From the NCBI GenBank assembly GCA_934193515.1, contig CAKPVJ010000003.1, forward strand, positions 68,931-132,930: a stretch of DNA of 64,000 nucleotides, read 5' to 3'. The translations under genes were made by a program, and so were the position numbers. Positions 60,414-64,000 of the stretch are shown one piece after another (the first letter of the stretch is position 1; every line of letters starts with the position of its first letter). Under the pieces are notes generated by a model, which searched no databases, was not told the origin of the DNA, and was given only the letters and a program-made list of their open reading frames with translations. The stretch comes from an uncultured Megasphaera sp. GTDB taxonomy: Bacteria > Bacillota > Negativicutes > Veillonellales > Megasphaeraceae.

Positions 60414-61877
60414 GTGAACCGAGTGGAAGAACAAGTTATTGACTTGCGGGAACTTTGGCAAGTCATTTGGGAAAATAAAAAGACAATTGCCGCCGTTACG
60501 GCGCTGTTTACGGCCGGTGCCGGCGCGTATTTGCTGATTGCGTCGCCAACGTATCAGTCTACATCGCTGCTGCGCATCAAACAGAGCCAAGGGCTGGGAG
60601 CGTCTATCATGGACAAGCTGCCCGGCGGCTCGGATACGATGACCAAACAGCGTATGAATACAGATGCGGAAATCCTCAAGAGCCGCAACGTCATCGAACC
60701 GGTTATCAAAGCAACAGAAGAACCCGATGACGACGGCAAGTATCCGACCTATGAAACGTTTATCAAAAGCCACGTTACCACCAAACCGTTCAAAGATACA
60801 GAAATCTTACAAGTAGACGTAACCGGCAAAACACCGGAACAAGCCCAAAAAGCCAATCAGATGATTGTCGATGGCTTTTTAAAACGACTGGCAGAATTAT
60901 CTCATAAAGAACAGCAAGCTACGCGTCAATTTTTGGAAAACCGTGTCGGTACGTCTAAAAAAGAATTGGAAGATGCCGAAGGAAAACTGCAGTCCTACCA
61001 GAGTGCCAATCAAATTTATTCGACAGACAACCAAATGAAAGGCCTGACGGATAAATTATCTGAAATCGACAAAGCCAAAGCGGCAAACCAACTGGATATG
61101 GAAACGGCAAAAGCTGCCCTTGCCAGCGTCAACCAGCAGCTAGGCAGTGCCGGCACGAGTATTGCCGACAGCCCAGCTATTCAGCAGTATAAAGTCCAGC
61201 TGGCACAACTCGAAAGCACCAAAGCCAGCTATACAGGCAAATATACAGACGAACATCCCAAAATGCAGGAAATCAACCAGCAAATCCAGCAGGCGCAGGC
61301 CGGACTCAACAGCGAAATAGATAAAATCGTTTCCCAGCAGGCCCCGTCAAGCAACTCCGTGCAGCAAGGATTGTTGGCTGATAAATTCAAGAATGAAGCG
61401 GCATTAGCCGTTGCAGAAGGCAAGAGCCAGGCCATTGCTGACCTCGATGCCAAAAACAATGCGACCATAGCCGCACTGCCAGCCAAGCAGCGAGGCTATA
61501 TCCGCGTCAAACGAGATGCCGATGTCGCACAGGAAATCTATGTCATGCTGGCAAAACGCTTGGAAGAATCCAAAGTCGCAGAAGTCATGGTCCCCAATGA
61601 AGTCCAAGTCGTCGATGCCGCGACATTGCCGGAAAAACCCATCAAACCGCGCAAACTGCTGACGATGGTAATAGGCATCTTGTTGGGAGCTATCGTCGGA
61701 ACAGGTGTTGTCGTAGCCAAATCGCTGCTCAATCGCAAGATTAAGACAACGGACGATGTCGAAAATATCCTGGGACTGCCTGTTATCGGTATTATTCCTG
61801 AAGCAAGTGCGGCAGATAGACCCTATCAGCATAGAAATGTATTACAGAAATGGAGAGACAAGCTATGGAAGAAATAG
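60414..61877 (+). CDS. wzz: Wzz/CpsC-family chain-length determinant (BY-kinase transmembrane modulator)
   Basis: N-terminal TM, long periplasmic coiled-coil region, C-terminal TM. GTG start at 60414 or 60423. Confidence 0.75.
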   Translation: MNRVEEQVIDLRELWQVIWENKKTIAAVTALFTAGAGAYLLIASPTYQSTSLLRIKQSQGLGASIMDKLPGGSDTMTKQRMNTDAEILKSRNVIEPVIKATEEPDDDGKYPTYETFIKSHVTTKPFKDTEILQVDVTGKTPEQAQKANQMIVDGFLKRLAELSHKEQQATRQFLENRVGTSKKELEDAEGKLQSYQSANQIYSTDNQMKGLTDKLSEIDKAKAANQLDMETAKAALASVNQQLGSAGTSIADSPAIQQYKVQLAQLESTKASYTGKYTDEHPKMQEINQQIQQAQAGLNSEIDKIVSQQAPSSNSVQQGLLADKFKNEAALAVAEGKSQAIADLDAKNNATIAALPAKQRGYIRVKRDADVAQEIYVMLAKRLEESKVAEVMVPNEVQVVDAATLPEKPIKPRKLLTMVIGILLGAIVGTGVVVAKSLLNRKIKTTDDVENILGLPVIGIIPEASAADRPYQHRNVLQKWRDKLWKK

Positions 61878-62578
61878 AATTAATTGTACAAACAGATAGT
61901 AAATCTCCTATATCCGAAGCCTATCGAGCCGTTCGTACTAACTTACAATTTGCCAGCGCAGGTCGGGATATCAACTGCATCAGTTTTACGTCAGCAACAC
62001 CATCAGAGGGAAAATCGACGGCGATTTCCAACATCGCATTGGCCATGGCACAGGACGGCAAAAAAGTACTGCTCATCGATGCCGATATGCGCAAGCCCGT
62101 GCAGCATCAAATCTTTGGCCTGTTCAACAAAGGCCTCAGCAACTGTATCGCCATGAATATGTCGTTGGATGAGGCAATTCAGCCCAGCGACCATCCCAAT
62201 TTGGACATTTTGGCCAGCGGCCCTGTACCGCCTAATCCATCCGAACTGCTGGGTTCACAGAAAATGGATGAACTGCTGCAGCAAGTTAAGAATATCTATG
62301 ACTATGTACTCGTCGATATGCCGCCGGTACTCGCTGTTACCGATGCCGCTGTCCTCTCATCCAAAGTAGACGGCATCGTCTTTGTCATCCGATCCGGAAA
62401 AATCTCACCGGACGAAGCCAAATTGGCCAAATCCCGACTGGAACAAGCCGGTGCCAATATCCTGGGGGCCGTCCTCAACGCCGTCCCGCAGCGTCACAGC
62501 GGCTATGGTTACGGATACGGCTATTACTACTATTACGACGAAGAAGGGGAAAAACATAAAAAGAAGAAGCAACAGTAA
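61865..62578 (+). CDS. Bacterial tyrosine (BY) kinase catalytic subunit CpsD/Wzc-like with a C-terminal Tyr cluster
   Basis: Walker A SEGKSTAI, Walker A' and B, and the tail GYGYGYGYYYYY. ATG 61865 sits 7 nt after GGAGAG. Confidence 0.8.
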   Translation: MEEIELIVQTDSKSPISEAYRAVRTNLQFASAGRDINCISFTSATPSEGKSTAISNIALAMAQDGKKVLLIDADMRKPVQHQIFGLFNKGLSNCIAMNMSLDEAIQPSDHPNLDILASGPVPPNPSELLGSQKMDELLQQVKNIYDYVLVDMPPVLAVTDAAVLSSKVDGIVFVIRSGKISPDEAKLAKSRLEQAGANILGAVLNAVPQRHSGYGYGYGYYYYYDEEGEKHKKKKQQ

Positions 62579-62600
62579 GTATTGAAAGGAGAAACATACC

Positions 62601-63962
62601 ATGGGGGAACGGAAATTTCCGCAATCACGTAAATTTGTCATGCTAGTCGGCGACATACTGATTATGATTGGTTCCTACTGCCTGGCAACCGCATTTGTTT
62701 TAAATAAAAATATTTTGGCAGCCAATTTTACCATGTATTCCGATATGATGCTGGTTATGATTGTCATCAACGGCTTACTGTTTAACATTAACGGACTGTA
62801 TTCAATTGGCCGCAAACGATTTGCGGAAATCATTCTCAGCCTGCTGGTCAGCATGCTGGGTACAGCGGTCATTATGATGGCACTCAGCTTTTTTGTACGA
62901 GAATTTTCTTATTCCCGCGGCCAGCTCCTGACCAGTCTGGCTATCCAATGTATCGCCTTTATCGCTTGGCGCCGCGCGGCTTGGCATGTCGAACGCGCAA
63001 TTCATGCTCGGCGCAAAGCCTTTTTGCTGGGACCAAAAGAAGAATGCCTCCATGTCTACAATCGCTTGCTCCATCAGCCCCAGCTCAACTGGCATCTGCA
63101 ATATGTCTGCACGGATATGCATAAAAACTGGCAGTCTTATGCTGAAGAAACACAGGGCCTGATTGTTTGCCCCGGTGTGGCTAAAGCAGAAAAGAAAGCC
63201 GTTATCGACTATTGCTACCAGCACAACAAACAGGCGATTCTTGTGCCGGACATGTATGAAGTTCTGTGCAATGACGCAGAATTGGGAAAAATCGATGATA
63301 TTCCCGTCTTTGAAATCCAAAACCTGCAGCTGAGCCTGGAAAAACGAGTCCTCAAACGAACCCTCGATCTCATCGTTTCCGGTATCGCTTTTGTCATTGC
63401 GTTACCGTTTATGGCAATCTGTACACTGGCCATCAAACTCGGCGACCATGGTCCTATCTTTTACAGCCAGGTACGTATCGGCAAAAACGGGAAACCATTT
63501 AAAGTTCACAAATTCCGTACCATGCGGACGGATGCAGAAAAATACTCCGGCCCGCAGCTGGCAGAAGAAAATGACCCGCGCATTACCAAAGTCGGCAGAA
63601 TCCTGCGGGCGACACGCCTCGATGAACTGCCTCAAATCTGGAACGTCGTCGTCGGAGACATGAGCCTCGTAGGCCCTAGACCCGAACGTCCCTTCTTCGT
63701 CGAACAATTCGTCAAAGAAACGCCGGAATACGCCTATCGAACCAACGTCAAACCCGGCATCACGGGTCTGGCCCAAGTCTACGGCAAATATAACACGACA
63801 GCGTACGACAAACTGGTCTACGACCTCATGTACATCCAGCAATGCAGTGTCGTCGAAGACCTGATCATCATGATCCAAACCGTGCGCGTCATCTTCACCA
63901 AAAGCGCAACGGAAGGCACGGGGATTCAGCAGGAAAAGGATTTGAGCAGTTATGAAATATAA
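62601..63962 (+). CDS. wbaP: Undecaprenyl-phosphate hexose-1-phosphate transferase (WbaP/CpsE bacterial sugar transferase)
   Basis: N-terminal TM bundle and a C-terminal bacterial sugar transferase domain (..KFRTMR..DELPQ.WNV..GDMSLVGPRPE..). Confidence 0.85.
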   Translation: MGERKFPQSRKFVMLVGDILIMIGSYCLATAFVLNKNILAANFTMYSDMMLVMIVINGLLFNINGLYSIGRKRFAEIILSLLVSMLGTAVIMMALSFFVREFSYSRGQLLTSLAIQCIAFIAWRRAAWHVERAIHARRKAFLLGPKEECLHVYNRLLHQPQLNWHLQYVCTDMHKNWQSYAEETQGLIVCPGVAKAEKKAVIDYCYQHNKQAILVPDMYEVLCNDAELGKIDDIPVFEIQNLQLSLEKRVLKRTLDLIVSGIAFVIALPFMAICTLAIKLGDHGPIFYSQVRIGKNGKPFKVHKFRTMRTDAEKYSGPQLAEENDPRITKVGRILRATRLDELPQIWNVVVGDMSLVGPRPERPFFVEQFVKETPEYAYRTNVKPGITGLAQVYGKYNTTAYDKLVYDLMYIQQCSVVEDLIIMIQTVRVIFTKSATEGTGIQQEKDLSSYEI

Positions 63963-64000
63963 TAAGCGATTACATCGGGAAAGGAGTCTATAGGTGGAAA

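Overview
This 64 kb window is almost entirely + strand and reads as a diderm (outer-membrane-bearing) Firmicute chromosome, probably Negativicutes-like. That lineage call is inference from gene content: TonB/ExbBD, a TonB-dependent receptor and Wza sit alongside CodW-type HslVU, TrmFO, the SMC-FtsY pair and a TxpA/BsrG-type small toxin.

- **1-14.9 kb:** one tightly packed operon combining a TonB-ExbB-ExbD energiser, a BtuB-like TonB-dependent receptor, a BtuFCD-type ABC importer and nine anaerobic corrin-ring genes (cbiD-L-F-G-H-J-ET-A-C).
- **14.9-15.6 kb:** an AT-rich intergenic island. It hides a 25-aa SD-preceded hydrophobic ORF with the TxpA/BsrG (Hol-Tox) N-terminal signature, flanked by convergent terminators. 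This looks like an unannotated type I toxin-antitoxin locus.
- **15.6-48.5 kb:** a CorA-family cation channel (GVN variant) on the opposite strand, then housekeeping and accessory genes. These include DUF554, smc, ftsY, a YhcH-family protein, TetR-AcrAB-type RND efflux, mazEF, flavodoxin, a C-N hydrolase, topA, trmFO, hslVU, an RlmI-like methyltransferase, thrC, DMT/DedA/MATE membrane proteins, recQ, thyA-folA, cspA and adenine deaminase with a PucR-family regulator.
- **48.8-57.3 kb:** a catabolic cluster made of an MFS transporter, a GabT-type aminotransferase, a 4-hydroxybutyrate-dehydrogenase-like Fe-ADH, an Ldh-like dehydrogenase, a DUF3100 membrane protein and an M20 amidohydrolase. Two of its promoters share a conserved spacer motif.
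- **57.6-64 kb:** a lytic transglycosylase and the start of a capsule/EPS locus (cpsB/wzh, wza, wzz, BY-kinase, wbaP). A 9-C homopolymer lies between wzh and wza.

No tRNA/rRNA, CRISPR array or IS element was recognised.
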